This document shows positions 34,744 through 45,851 of a DNA stretch of 64,000 bases, piece after piece (within the stretch, counting starts at the first letter, position 1; each line of letters begins with the position of its first letter). Source of the stretch: an uncultured delta proteobacterium (GTDB lineage: Bacteria; Myxococcota; Myxococcia; Myxococcales; Anaeromyxobacteraceae). The stretch is from assembly GCA_963814585.1 (NCBI GenBank), contig CAWFDF010000009.1, positions 256,001-320,000 of the forward strand, given 5' to 3'. The notes under the pieces are model-generated. The model had not been told where the DNA came from. It made no database searches and saw nothing but the letters and a program-made list of their open reading frames with translations. The position numbers were made by a program, and so were the translations under genes.

Positions 34744-35415
34744 CTACGCCGATGTTCCACGTGGAACATGGGGCCGGCCCCACCGGACCACGGCGCGGGC
34801 GGCGTGCGAGAACGGCAGCTCGAACTGGTCGACGCCGAGCAGGTCGAAGCCGTGTGCCTTGCCCAAAGCCTCCAGGTGAGTCCGCTCCGCCCCCTTGCCC
34901 AGCATCCCGAGCAGCACCCCGCCCGCGCCGACGTAGCCTGCCCCCAGCTCGACCCAGCGCTCCGGGTCGGCGACCGCCCGGCTCACCACCGCCTCGCAGA
35001 TGGGGAGCCCGTCCCGGGCCGGGTCGCCGGTGGCCCGGATCGGCAGCCCGCGCACGGCCAGCCCCAGCTCCGCTGCGGTCGCCTTCACGAACGCCACCTT
35101 CTTGCCGACCGAGTCGCAGCAGGTGACCTGCAGCCCGGGGCGCGCACAGGCCACCGCCATCCCGGGAAACCCGGCGCCGCTGCCGACGTCGAGGAGCGTG
35201 GTTCGCCCCTCGAGCGCCGGGAGCAGCACCAGGCTGTCCAGGAAGTGCTTCTCGGCCACCTCGGCCGGATCGGTGATGGCGGTGAGGTTGATCTTGCGGT
35301 TCCAGGTCACCAGCCGCTCGGCAAACCGGACCAGCCGCTCGATGGCCGGATCGTCGACCGGAAGCCCGAGGGCCGCGATCCCGCTGCGAAGCACCTGCTC
35401 GAAGACCCGATCCAT
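34744..35415 (-). CDS. rsmG: 16S rRNA m7G527 methyltransferase RsmG (GidB)
   Basis: [33 protein letters not shown]. Confidence 0.95.
   Translation of the reverse strand: MDRVFEQVLRSGIAALGLPVDDPAIERLVRFAERLVTWNRKINLTAITDPAEVAEKHFLDSLVLLPALEGRTTLLDVGSGAGFPGMAVACARPGLQVTCCDSVGKKVAFVKATAAELGLAVRGLPIRATGDPARDGLPICEAVVSRAVADPERWVELGAGYVGAGGVLLGMLGKGAERTHLEALGKAHGFDLLGVDQFELPFSHAARAVVRWGRPHVPRGTSA
34753..34768. promoter_or_regulatory. parS site 2 (inside the rsmG 3' end)
   Basis: Identical palindrome TGTTCCACGTGGAACA, 240 bp from site 1. Confidence 0.92.
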
Positions 35416-35480
35416 TCACCCTCGCGACCGTGCATCGACCGAGACCGCCGGTTCAGCGCCGGCGGTCACCGGGCTCCCGA

Positions 35481-35663
35481 CTAGTGCCGCGCCCCAGGCA
35501 AGATGCCTACTGCGAGAGCCGATCCTCTCGCTGCGGCAGGCGGCCTCGTCGGTCCGCTGCTCAGCGTAGCGCTGCTACGCTTCTGCTGCTCCCTCCTCGG
35601 GCGCCAGCCTCGCTTCGGTCTCGGCTCTCTCGTCACGTCATCTTGCCTGGGGCGCGGCACTAG
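35481..35663. mobile_element. Palindromic MITE-like element, copy 2 (183 bp, full length)
   Basis: Perfect 25-bp inverted ends CTAGTGCCGCGCCCCAGGCAAGATG / CATCTTGCCTGGGGCGCGGCACTAG; central hairpin AGCGTAGC-GCT-GCTACGCT; no credible ORF. Confidence 0.9.
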
Positions 35664-35752
35664 AGCACATCCCAGGATCCCAGGCCTGCTGCGGCGAAGG
35701 ACACCGGGACTCGCGGGTCAGCCTCGCGGTGGCCGGGGTCGCGGAACGGGCT

Positions 35753-35962
35753 TCACGCCTTCCGCCCGATGGCCTGCTCCACCTCGGCGAGGTGCGCGGC
35801 CAGGTAGGCGACCACCGCGTCGTCCTCCAGCCGCATGTCGCGCAGGACACCCTCGTAGACGAACCGGAACCCATCGGCGTACGCCTCGCCGCGCAGCTCG
35901 AACGACCGACGCAGCACCGCCGCCGCGAAGAGCCGCTCCTCGAGTGACTTCTCCCGGGCCAC
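35753..35962 (-). CDS. Small hypothetical protein (~69 aa, MAREKSLEERLF...)
   Basis: Normal-composition part of track ORF 35753..36073; the upstream part of that ORF is translated repeat element. GTG at 35962. Confidence 0.65.
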   Translation of the reverse strand: MAREKSLEERLFAAAVLRRSFELRGEAYADGFRFVYEGVLRDMRLEDDAVVAYLAAHLAEVEQAIGRKA

Positions 35963-35964
35963 GC

Positions 35965-36147
35965 TCAGGGTCCCGATCCAGGCAAGTTGCCGGCTGCGAG
36001 GGCCGATCGTCTCGCTGTAGCAGGTGGCCTCGTCGGGCCGCTGCTCAGCATCGCACGGCCACGCGTCCGCCACTCCATCCTCGGGCGCCAGCCTGGCCTC
36101 GGTCTCGGCGCGCTCGTCACGGCGTCTTGCCTGGCTCGGGGCCCCGG
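35965..36147. mobile_element. Palindromic MITE-like element, copy 3 (183 bp, diverged; overlaps the jag 3' end)
   Basis: Colinear with copy 2 (CCAGGCAAG, CTGCGAG.GCCGATC.TCTCGCTG, GGCCTCGTCGG.CCGCTGCTCAGC, TCCTCGGGCGCCAGCCT, CTCGTCACG, TCTTGCCTGG) and the same length. Confidence 0.8.
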
Positions 36148-36662
36148 TCCCCCTGGCCCTCGGGAACGGCCACGCGCTTGCCCGGGTCGGGGAAGACCAG
36201 GAGCTGGCGGAAGATCCCCTCGCCCTCGCTCCTGGTGCCGACGCCCTCGGCCTCCTGCAGGGCGATGTGCAGCTGCCTCCGCTCGCGCGCGCTCATCGGC
36301 GCCAGCCCCACGGTCCGGCCGGTCCGGCGGACGGTCTCGGCCAGCCGCGCCGCCATCGCCTTGACGGCGGGGTCGCCCGCCTCGCCGAAGCCGCCGACCT
36401 CGAGGTTGACCCACTTCCGATCCACGCCCGGCGGGTTGACGGCCCGGTTGGCCAGCGTCTGCACCGCCTCGACCAGGGCCGAGTGGAGCTCCACCCGGTT
36501 GCCCTCCAGCGGCTTGAGCCAGACGCCGATGGCCTCCGGCGTCTCGCGCAGCTCGACCTCGACGGTGGCCCCCAGCCTCCGGAACAGCTCCACGCAGAAG
36601 GCGCGAGCCTTCTCGACCTTCTCGGGGGCGTGGGCCGGCGGCGGCGCGCTGTCTCGCTCCAT
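36117..36662 (-). CDS. Jag/KhpB-like R3H RNA-binding protein
   Basis: PMSARERRQLH (R3H), TRSEGEG; position after yidC. Confidence 0.85.
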   Translation of the reverse strand: MERDSAPPPAHAPEKVEKARAFCVELFRRLGATVEVELRETPEAIGVWLKPLEGNRVELHSALVEAVQTLANRAVNPPGVDRKWVNLEVGGFGEAGDPAVKAMAARLAETVRRTGRTVGLAPMSARERRQLHIALQEAEGVGTRSEGEGIFRQLLVFPDPGKRVAVPEGQGDRGPEPGKTP

Positions 36663-36698
36663 TTGACTCTCCGTGAACAGGGGCCCGGCCCGCCCTGG

Positions 36699-38357
36699 TC
36701 AGGCCTTGGCGGGCCGATCCTGCATCCGGTTCACCAGCTGCTGCTGCGCGATCGAGAGCACGTTGTTGACGAAGATGTAGAGCGTCAGCCCCGAGGGCAC
36801 GAAGAGCATCATGACCGTGAAGAAGCCCGGGAAGAAGTAGAGCATCATCTTGGCCTGGGTGGCCTCGGCCGGCTGCGGGGAGAACTTCTGCATGATGTAG
36901 CTGGTCACGCCCATGGCCACCGGCAGGATGAAGTAGGGATCCTGCTGCGTCAGGTCGCTCATCCAGAGGAAGGGCGCCCGGTAGAGCTCGACCGAGGTCT
37001 GCAGCGCCGCGTAGAGCGCGAACCAGATGGGCATCTGCAGCAGCATGGGCAGGCAGCCGCCGGCCGGGTTGACCTTGTGCTGCTGGAAGAGCGCCATCTG
37101 GGCGCGGCTCATCGCCTCGCGGTCGTCGCCGTGCTTGGCCTTGAGCTTCTCGATCTCCGGCTGCAGCTTCCGCATGGCGTTCATCGACTGCATCGACTTG
37201 AAGGTGAGCGGGTAGAGCAGCACCTTCACCGTGATGGTGAGCAGGATGATGGCCGTGCCCCAGTTGGCGACGAAGCCGTGGAACCAGCGCATCACCCCGA
37301 GCAGGATCTGGGCGAAGAAGGCGAAGAAGTTGCTCACCGGGCCGTAGTCGATGGCCGACTCGAAGCCGCGCTCGTGGCCGTTGAGCTGGGCGTAGGACTT
37401 GAGCAGCTCCAGCTGCTTGGGGCCGGCGAAGAGGGTGAAGGCCAGCTTGCGGCCGGCGGCGTCGAGCGGGTACTGGATCACCGCCGCGCCGCTCCCCTTC
37501 TCGCCACCCTTCACGAACAGGCAGGTGCCGCCCGGATCGGCCGGCAGCAGCGCCGCCGTGAAGTAGTGCTGGTCGATGCCGGCCCAGAGCACCGCCCCCT
37601 CGAGCTTCTTCTGCGCCTCGTCCCCGGCCACGTCGAACCGCTCGGTGTTCTTCCCGGCCCGGCAGACCGGCCGCACGAACTCCAGCGACGGCCCGGAGAA
37701 GATGCCGCCGCTGGAGGTGGCCGGCGGCATGAACCCGTCGAAGATGACCGAGGCGGTGCCGGCCGCCGGGGCCCCGGACAGCTCCAGCTCGACCGTCACC
37801 TCGTAGGGCTTGCCGGTGAGCCGGTAGCTCTTGCGGATCGACGCCGCGCCGGCGCGCCCCTCGAAGACCACGCTGGTCGCGTCCCGCGAGACCACCCGCA
37901 TGGCCGCCCGGGCGCCCGGATCGAGGAGCGGATCGGCGGCCCCGCCCAGCTCCGGCGACACGGCCACCGAGAGCGGCCACGGCATCCCCGGCGCCACCCG
38001 GACCATGTCGATGGGGACCAGCTTGCCGTCCACGAGCCGCCGGAACTTCTCCCCCAGCAGCTCGACGTGGGCGACGGCGCCGCCGTGGCTGGAGAACACC
38101 ACCGCGAACTCGGAACCGGTGAGCCGGACCAGCTCCTCGGGGGCGTTGGCCGCCACCTCGACCGGTGCCGCGCCCGCCACGGGGGCGGGGCCCTTCGCGC
38201 CGGCCACGGGCCCGGGCGCCGGCGTCGCCGCGGCGAGCGTGTTGGTGGTGGCGACCACCGGCCTGGGCTTCTCCGGCGGGAAGAGCACCTGCCAGCCGAA
38301 GGCGATGCCCAGCGAGGCCAGGATGGCGATGAGGAAGCGGCGGTTGTCTGTGGGCAC
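36699..38357 (-). CDS. yidC: Membrane protein insertase YidC
   Basis: NWGTAIILLT, GCLPMLLQMPIW, DPYFILP, PSGLTLY. Confidence 0.96.
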   Translation of the reverse strand: MPTDNRRFLIAILASLGIAFGWQVLFPPEKPRPVVATTNTLAAATPAPGPVAGAKGPAPVAGAAPVEVAANAPEELVRLTGSEFAVVFSSHGGAVAHVELLGEKFRRLVDGKLVPIDMVRVAPGMPWPLSVAVSPELGGAADPLLDPGARAAMRVVSRDATSVVFEGRAGAASIRKSYRLTGKPYEVTVELELSGAPAAGTASVIFDGFMPPATSSGGIFSGPSLEFVRPVCRAGKNTERFDVAGDEAQKKLEGAVLWAGIDQHYFTAALLPADPGGTCLFVKGGEKGSGAAVIQYPLDAAGRKLAFTLFAGPKQLELLKSYAQLNGHERGFESAIDYGPVSNFFAFFAQILLGVMRWFHGFVANWGTAIILLTITVKVLLYPLTFKSMQSMNAMRKLQPEIEKLKAKHGDDREAMSRAQMALFQQHKVNPAGGCLPMLLQMPIWFALYAALQTSVELYRAPFLWMSDLTQQDPYFILPVAMGVTSYIMQKFSPQPAEATQAKMMLYFFPGFFTVMMLFVPSGLTLYIFVNNVLSIAQQQLVNRMQDRPAKA

Positions 38358-38374
38358 GAATGACCTCGCTGCGA

Positions 38375-38587
38375 TCAGGGCACCGGATCGATGCCGCCTG
38401 GATGGAACGGGTGACAGCGGCCGAGCCGCCGGATGGTGAGCCAGCCGCCCCGGGCGGCGCCGTGCCGCTCCAGCGCCTCGGCGGCGTAGCAGGAGCAGCT
38501 CGGGTGGAACCGGCAGGCCGCCGGCAGGCCGGGGCCGATGAACCGCTGGTAGAAGCGCACCAGCAGGAGGAGCAGCCTCGCGATCAC
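38375..38587 (-). CDS. yidD: Membrane protein insertion efficiency factor YidD
   Basis: [24 protein letters not shown]. Confidence 0.95.
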   Translation of the reverse strand: MIARLLLLLVRFYQRFIGPGLPAACRFHPSCSCYAAEALERHGAARGGWLTIRRLGRCHPFHPGGIDPVP

Positions 38588-38925
38588 ATCCCCCTCCGCC
38601 TCAGCTCGTCACGGGCCGCCGCCAGCGCCCGGCGAGCGCCCGGGAGCCCCTGGGCGAGCGCTCCCGACCGGGCGATCACCACCAGATCGACCACCGGCAG
38701 CTGGTCCTGGATCTCCCGGAAGGCCTCGCGCACCCAGCGCTTGACCCGGTTTCGCCCGACCGCGTTGGCGACCTTGGAGGACACCGTGATCCCGATCCGC
38801 GGCCGATCCGGCGCCGCGCCCCCGCAGAGGACCACCAGGTTGCCCGAGCAGAGCCGGGCGCCGCGTTCCTGGACCGCGAGGAACTCACGGCGGCGCCGCA
38901 GGCGCGCGGCCTTGGCCAGCTTCAC
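38584..38925 (-). CDS. rnpA: Ribonuclease P protein component
   Basis: [25 protein letters not shown]. Confidence 0.94.
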   Translation of the reverse strand: MKLAKAARLRRRREFLAVQERGARLCSGNLVVLCGGAAPDRPRIGITVSSKVANAVGRNRVKRWVREAFREIQDQLPVVDLVVIARSGALAQGLPGARRALAAARDELRRRGM

Positions 38926-38934
38926 CTGGAGAGG

Positions 38935-39084
38935 CTACTTGGTCGGCGCCTTGGTGGTGAGGCGCTTGCGACCCTTGGCACGACGGCGCTTGATGACGTT
39001 GCGACCGCCCGGGGTCGCCATCCGCTTCCGGAAGCCGTGGGTGCGGTTCCGCTTGATCTTCTTGGGCTGGTAAGTGCGCTTCAT
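38935..39084 (-). CDS. rpmH: 50S ribosomal protein L34
   Basis: Own translation: [49 protein letters not shown] (49 aa, below the track cutoff). Confidence 0.97.
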   Translation of the reverse strand: MKRTYQPKKIKRNRTHGFRKRMATPGGRNVIKRRRAKGRKRLTTKAPTK

Positions 39085-39349
39085 GGCGCGGCAACCTCCA
39101 CGATCACGTGCGGCATGTCAAGGTCCGGCCGCCCCCACCGAAAGCTCCGTCCTTCCGCGGCCCTTCCACGCCCTTCATTCTTGGCCTTGATCCCTCCGCG
39201 CGACCGTGCTTGTTTGCCCCGAATACCGCGGCACGGCAGCGACACCATCCACGAGTTCCGACGTCACGACTCCCCCCGGATCACGCCCGATCCCGGAGAC
39301 GGTCCCCCGTTGGCTCCTGGCACCGTCCCGCTGCGATGGAGGAGGGTCC

Positions 39350-40711
39350 ATGGAGTCACCTGCGAGGACGCGGGAGCTGTCGGCGCTGGACGAGACCTGG
39401 ACCCGGGTGGACGGGTACCTCCGCTCACGCCTCCGTCCCGACCTCTACGACCGCTGGTTCGCGCCGCTGCGCGCCAGCGCCATCGACGACGGCCGGCTCC
39501 ACGTCGCCGCCCCCGACAAGTTCCACCGCGACTTCGTCGACGACAACTACCGGCCCTGGTTCGAGGAGTTCCTCCCGACCGTGACCGGCATGCCGCTGCG
39601 GGTGGTCTTCGTGGTCGACGACCGGCCGCGGGCGGCCGCCGCCCACGAGGCGACGCCGGCCCCGGCCAGCCCGGCGGCCGGGGAGTCGCAGGAGCGGCGC
39701 CCCAGCCAGCGCTACACCTTCGAGACCTTCGTGGTCGGCGAGTCGAACCGCTTCGCCTTCGCCGCCGCCCAGGCCGTGGCGCAGAAGCCCGGCCATGCCT
39801 GGAACCCGCTCTTCCTCCACGGCGACTCGGGCCTCGGCAAGACCCACCTGCTCCACGCCATCGGCAACTCGATCCTGGCCGCCAACCCGGGCCGGCCGGT
39901 GGCGGTGGTCACCTCCGAGCGCTACACCAACGACTTCGTCGACGCCCTGCGCAAGGGCACGCTCGACGAGTTCCGCCGCCGCTACCGCGAGTGCGCCGCG
40001 CTGCTCATCGACGACGTCCAGTTCTTCGCCGGCAAGGACAAGACCGCCGAGGAGTTCTTCCACACCTTCAACACCCTCTACGAGCAGGGCGTCCAGATCG
40101 TCCTCTCCAGCGACCGCAGCCCCAAGGAGCTGAAGGGGCTGGAGGAGCGGCTCTGCTCCCGGTTCGAGTGGGGCATGCGGGTGCAGATCGACGTCCCCGA
40201 GTTCGAGACCCGGGCCGCCATCCTGAAGAAGAAGGCCGAGCTGGAGCGGATCGACCTGCCCGACGAGGTGGCCACCCTGCTGGCCACGCACATCCGCTCC
40301 AACGTCCGCGAGCTGCACGGCGCCCTCACCAAGCTCTCGGCCTTCGCCTCGCTCAAGGCCGAGCCCATCAGCATCCGCCTGGCCCGCGACGTCCTCTCCG
40401 ACGTCATCCCACCGCCCGGCTACAAGCCGACCATCGAGCGGATCCAGGAGGCCACCGCCGCCCACTACGGGCTCACGGTGGCCAAGCTCACCAGCTCGTC
40501 GCGCGAGCAGAAGATCGCCATTCCGCGCCAGGTCGCCATGTTCCTCTGCCGCGAGCTGGCCAAGGAGACCTTCCAGCTCATCGCCGAGAAGTTCAACAAG
40601 AAGGACCACTCCACGGTCATCTCGGCCAAGGAGCGGGTCGAGGAGCTGCTCGGCCAGGACCCCGAGATCCAGACCGCCGTCGCCACCCTGACGCAGAAGC
40701 TGGCCCCGTAG
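39350..40711 (+). CDS. dnaA: Chromosomal replication initiator DnaA
   Basis: YTFETFVVG.SN, NPLFLHGDSGLGKTHL, LLIDDVQF, EEFFHTFN, SNVRELHG, KDHSTV; RBS GGAGGAGG. Confidence 0.97.
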   Translation: MESPARTRELSALDETWTRVDGYLRSRLRPDLYDRWFAPLRASAIDDGRLHVAAPDKFHRDFVDDNYRPWFEEFLPTVTGMPLRVVFVVDDRPRAAAAHEATPAPASPAAGESQERRPSQRYTFETFVVGESNRFAFAAAQAVAQKPGHAWNPLFLHGDSGLGKTHLLHAIGNSILAANPGRPVAVVTSERYTNDFVDALRKGTLDEFRRRYRECAALLIDDVQFFAGKDKTAEEFFHTFNTLYEQGVQIVLSSDRSPKELKGLEERLCSRFEWGMRVQIDVPEFETRAAILKKKAELERIDLPDEVATLLATHIRSNVRELHGALTKLSAFASLKAEPISIRLARDVLSDVIPPPGYKPTIERIQEATAAHYGLTVAKLTSSSREQKIAIPRQVAMFLCRELAKETFQLIAEKFNKKDHSTVISAKERVEELLGQDPEIQTAVATLTQKLAP

Positions 40712-40939
40712 CCGCGAGCCGGTGGATGGCCGGTGGATCACGCCCGGGACGGCCCGGGGACGGAGCGTGTCCCGTCGTTGACACCTCGATCGGCCGCACG
40801 CTACACAGATCGGGCCCGCGCTGATCGGCCCCGTTGTCCAGACCAGGAACCTCCGTCTTTCCGCTGGCTCGCCTCGGTTGTCCACATCGATCCGCCCCCT
40901 GCTACTACTGCTGTATCAAAGAAGAAGAGAGCCTCTCCC
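40712..40939. other. Probable oriC (dnaA-dnaN intergenic region)
   Basis: DnaA-box-like TTGTCCACA (40878-40886), a C-rich linker, DnaA-trio-like CTACTACTGCTG (40902-40913), then an A-rich run. Gene orientation flips around dnaA. Confidence 0.75.
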
Positions 40940-42067
40940 ATGGAACTGAAGATCGGATCCCAGGAACTCGCCCGGGCGCTGGGCCGCTCGCAGGGCATCG
41001 TCGAGCGCAAGTCGACCATGCCGATCCTCTCCCACGTCCTGCTCGAGGTGCGGAATGGGAACGAGCTGCACCTCTCGGCCACCGACCTCGACCTCTCCGT
41101 CACCTCGCAGCACGCCTGCGAGGCCGGCAAGGACGGCGCCCTGGCGGTCTCGGCCAAGCACCTCTACGAGATCGTGCGGGCCCTCCCGGAGCAGTCGGTC
41201 ACGCTGAAGCGGGCCGGCAACAACTACCTGGAGGTGAAGAGCGGCCCGTCCGAGTTCCGCATCGTCGGCCTGCCCGCCGAGGACTTCCCGGCCCTGCCGC
41301 GCTTCGAGAAGCTCGGCTTCGTCGACGTCGACCCGAAGTCGCTGCTCGACCAGATCGAGCGGACCTTCTTCGCCGCCTCCAACGACGAGACCCGCTACAA
41401 CCTGAACGGCGTCTTCTTCGAGCCGCAGGGGGCGATCCTGCGGCTGGTGGCCACCGACGGCCACCGGCTGGCGGTCTCGGAGCGGCCCCTGGCCGGCGAC
41501 TTCGGCCTCAAGAAGGGCGTCATCCTGCCGAAGAAGGGGCTGCAGGAGCTCCGCAAGCTGCTCACCGAGGCGGCCGAGTCGGGCGAGGAGAAGCCGGTGG
41601 CCCAGCTCGGCTTCGCCGAGAACTCGGCGGTGTTCCGCCGCCCCGGGGTCAGCCTGGTGATGCGGCTCATCGAGGGGCTCTTCCCGGACTACAAGCAGGT
41701 GATCCCGAAGCCGGGCGAGAAGATCCTCAAGGTGGGGCGCCAGCGCTTCCTGGAGACGCTGCGCCGGGTCTCGCTGCTCTCCTCCGACAAGTCGCACGCC
41801 GTCAAGCTGGAGCTCTCGGCCGGCACGCTGCGAGTGCTCTCGCAGAACCCCGACCTCGGCGACGCCCGCGAGGACGTGCCGGTGGAGTACGCCGGCGAGC
41901 CGCTCCAGATCGGCTTCAACTCGCGCTACCTGACCGACGTGGTGGCCGCCCTCAAGGCCGACGACGTGCAGCTCGAGCTGGCCGACGACCTGTCGCCGGG
42001 CGTCCTCAAGGGCGCCGGCGAGCCCGACGCCGGCTACACCGCCGTCGTGATGCCGATGCGCATCTGA
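40940..42067 (+). CDS. dnaN: DNA polymerase III beta clamp
   Basis: MPILSHVLL, ATDLD, VATDGHRL, FPDY, GFNSRYL, VVMPMRI. Confidence 0.97.
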   Translation: MELKIGSQELARALGRSQGIVERKSTMPILSHVLLEVRNGNELHLSATDLDLSVTSQHACEAGKDGALAVSAKHLYEIVRALPEQSVTLKRAGNNYLEVKSGPSEFRIVGLPAEDFPALPRFEKLGFVDVDPKSLLDQIERTFFAASNDETRYNLNGVFFEPQGAILRLVATDGHRLAVSERPLAGDFGLKKGVILPKKGLQELRKLLTEAAESGEEKPVAQLGFAENSAVFRRPGVSLVMRLIEGLFPDYKQVIPKPGEKILKVGRQRFLETLRRVSLLSSDKSHAVKLELSAGTLRVLSQNPDLGDAREDVPVEYAGEPLQIGFNSRYLTDVVAALKADDVQLELADDLSPGVLKGAGEPDAGYTAVVMPMRI

Positions 42068-42094
42068 GGCGGGCGGCGACGGGGGCTGGACGCG

Positions 42095-43204
42095 GTGCGG
42101 ATCGGCTCGCTGCAGCTCCAGGACTTCCGCAACCTCGCCGAGGTCTCGCTGCAGCCGTCGCCGCGGCTCACCGTGCTGCTCGGGCCGAACGGGCAGGGGA
42201 AGACCAACCTGCTCGAGGCGGTCTACCTGCTCACCACGCTGCGGCCGCTGCGGGCCACCCGGCTCGCCGAGCTGATCCGCTTCGGCCGGCCGCGGGCCTC
42301 GATCGGCGCCAGCGTCTGGCGCGGCACGGTGGAGCGTCGGCTCTCGGTGGAGGTGCTGCCCGGGCAGCGCCACGCCCAGCTCGACGGCAAGCCCCTGGAC
42401 CGGCTCGACGACTACCTCGACGGCCTGGCCGCGGTCTGCTTCTCGCCGGACGACCTGCAGCTGGTGAAGGCCGGGCCGGACGGGCGGCGGCGCTTCCTCG
42501 ACCGGGCCGCCTTCAACCGCTGGCCGGCGGTGCTCGGCGAGGCCCGGGAGTACGTCCGGGCCCTCCGGGAGCGGAACGCCGCCCTGCGCGCCGGCGCCAC
42601 CGACGTCGAGCAGAGCTTCCGGGGGCCGATGATCCGGGCCGGGGCGCGGGTGCTGCGCCGGCGCCGCGACATCGTCGAGGAGCTCACCCCGCGGCTGGGG
42701 CGCGCCTTCGCCGAGATCTCCGGCCCGGGCGCCCCGGTGGCCCACCTCTCGTACCGGCCCAGCGGCGGGCTCTCCACCGCCGGGACCGAGGCCGAGCTGG
42801 CCGCCCGCCTCGCCGAGCTGCTGGAGGCCCGGCTCGCCCGCGACCTGCTCCGCGGCTACTCGACCTGCGGCCCGCACATGGACGACCTGCTCTTCGGCCT
42901 GGGCGGCCGCGCCGCGCGCGTCTACGGCAGCCAGGGGCAGCAGCGGGCCTTCGCGCTGGCCCTGCGCATCGCCGAGGTGGAGAACCTGCGGGCCGTGCAG
43001 CAGGAGGCCCCGCTCCTGCTCCTCGACGACGTCTCCAGCGAGCTCGACCCGGAGAAGAACGGGTTCCTGCTCGACTACGTGGCGGCGCTGCCGGCGCAGG
43101 CCTTCCTGACCTCGACCGACCGGCGGCTGATCGAGCCGCTGGCGGGCCCGGAGACGCTCTTCTTCGCGGTCTCGGCGGGGGCGGTCTCGCCGCTCGGTTC
43201 GTGA
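42095..43204 (+). CDS. recF: DNA replication/repair protein RecF
   Basis: GPNGQGKTNLLEA, GPHMDD, GSQGQQR, LLLDDVSSELD. Confidence 0.96.
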   Translation: MRIGSLQLQDFRNLAEVSLQPSPRLTVLLGPNGQGKTNLLEAVYLLTTLRPLRATRLAELIRFGRPRASIGASVWRGTVERRLSVEVLPGQRHAQLDGKPLDRLDDYLDGLAAVCFSPDDLQLVKAGPDGRRRFLDRAAFNRWPAVLGEAREYVRALRERNAALRAGATDVEQSFRGPMIRAGARVLRRRRDIVEELTPRLGRAFAEISGPGAPVAHLSYRPSGGLSTAGTEAELAARLAELLEARLARDLLRGYSTCGPHMDDLLFGLGGRAARVYGSQGQQRAFALALRIAEVENLRAVQQEAPLLLLDDVSSELDPEKNGFLLDYVAALPAQAFLTSTDRRLIEPLAGPETLFFAVSAGAVSPLGS

Positions 43205-43364
43205 CGGCGCCACCCGCCCGGCCGGCGCCTGGCGCGAGGCGCGCCGGGGGCCGGCGAGGGCCCCGGGAACCCGGGTTCCCGGTTGCTGGCGGCACCCGGC
43301 TCTGGTATACCGACCGGTGGTCTAAGTTGGCAGAACCGCTCAGAGAAATCCGCGAGGCCTCACC

Positions 43365-45825
<2,461 letters not shown>

Positions 45826-45851
45826 CCGCCGCCGCTGGACTGGAGCCACCC

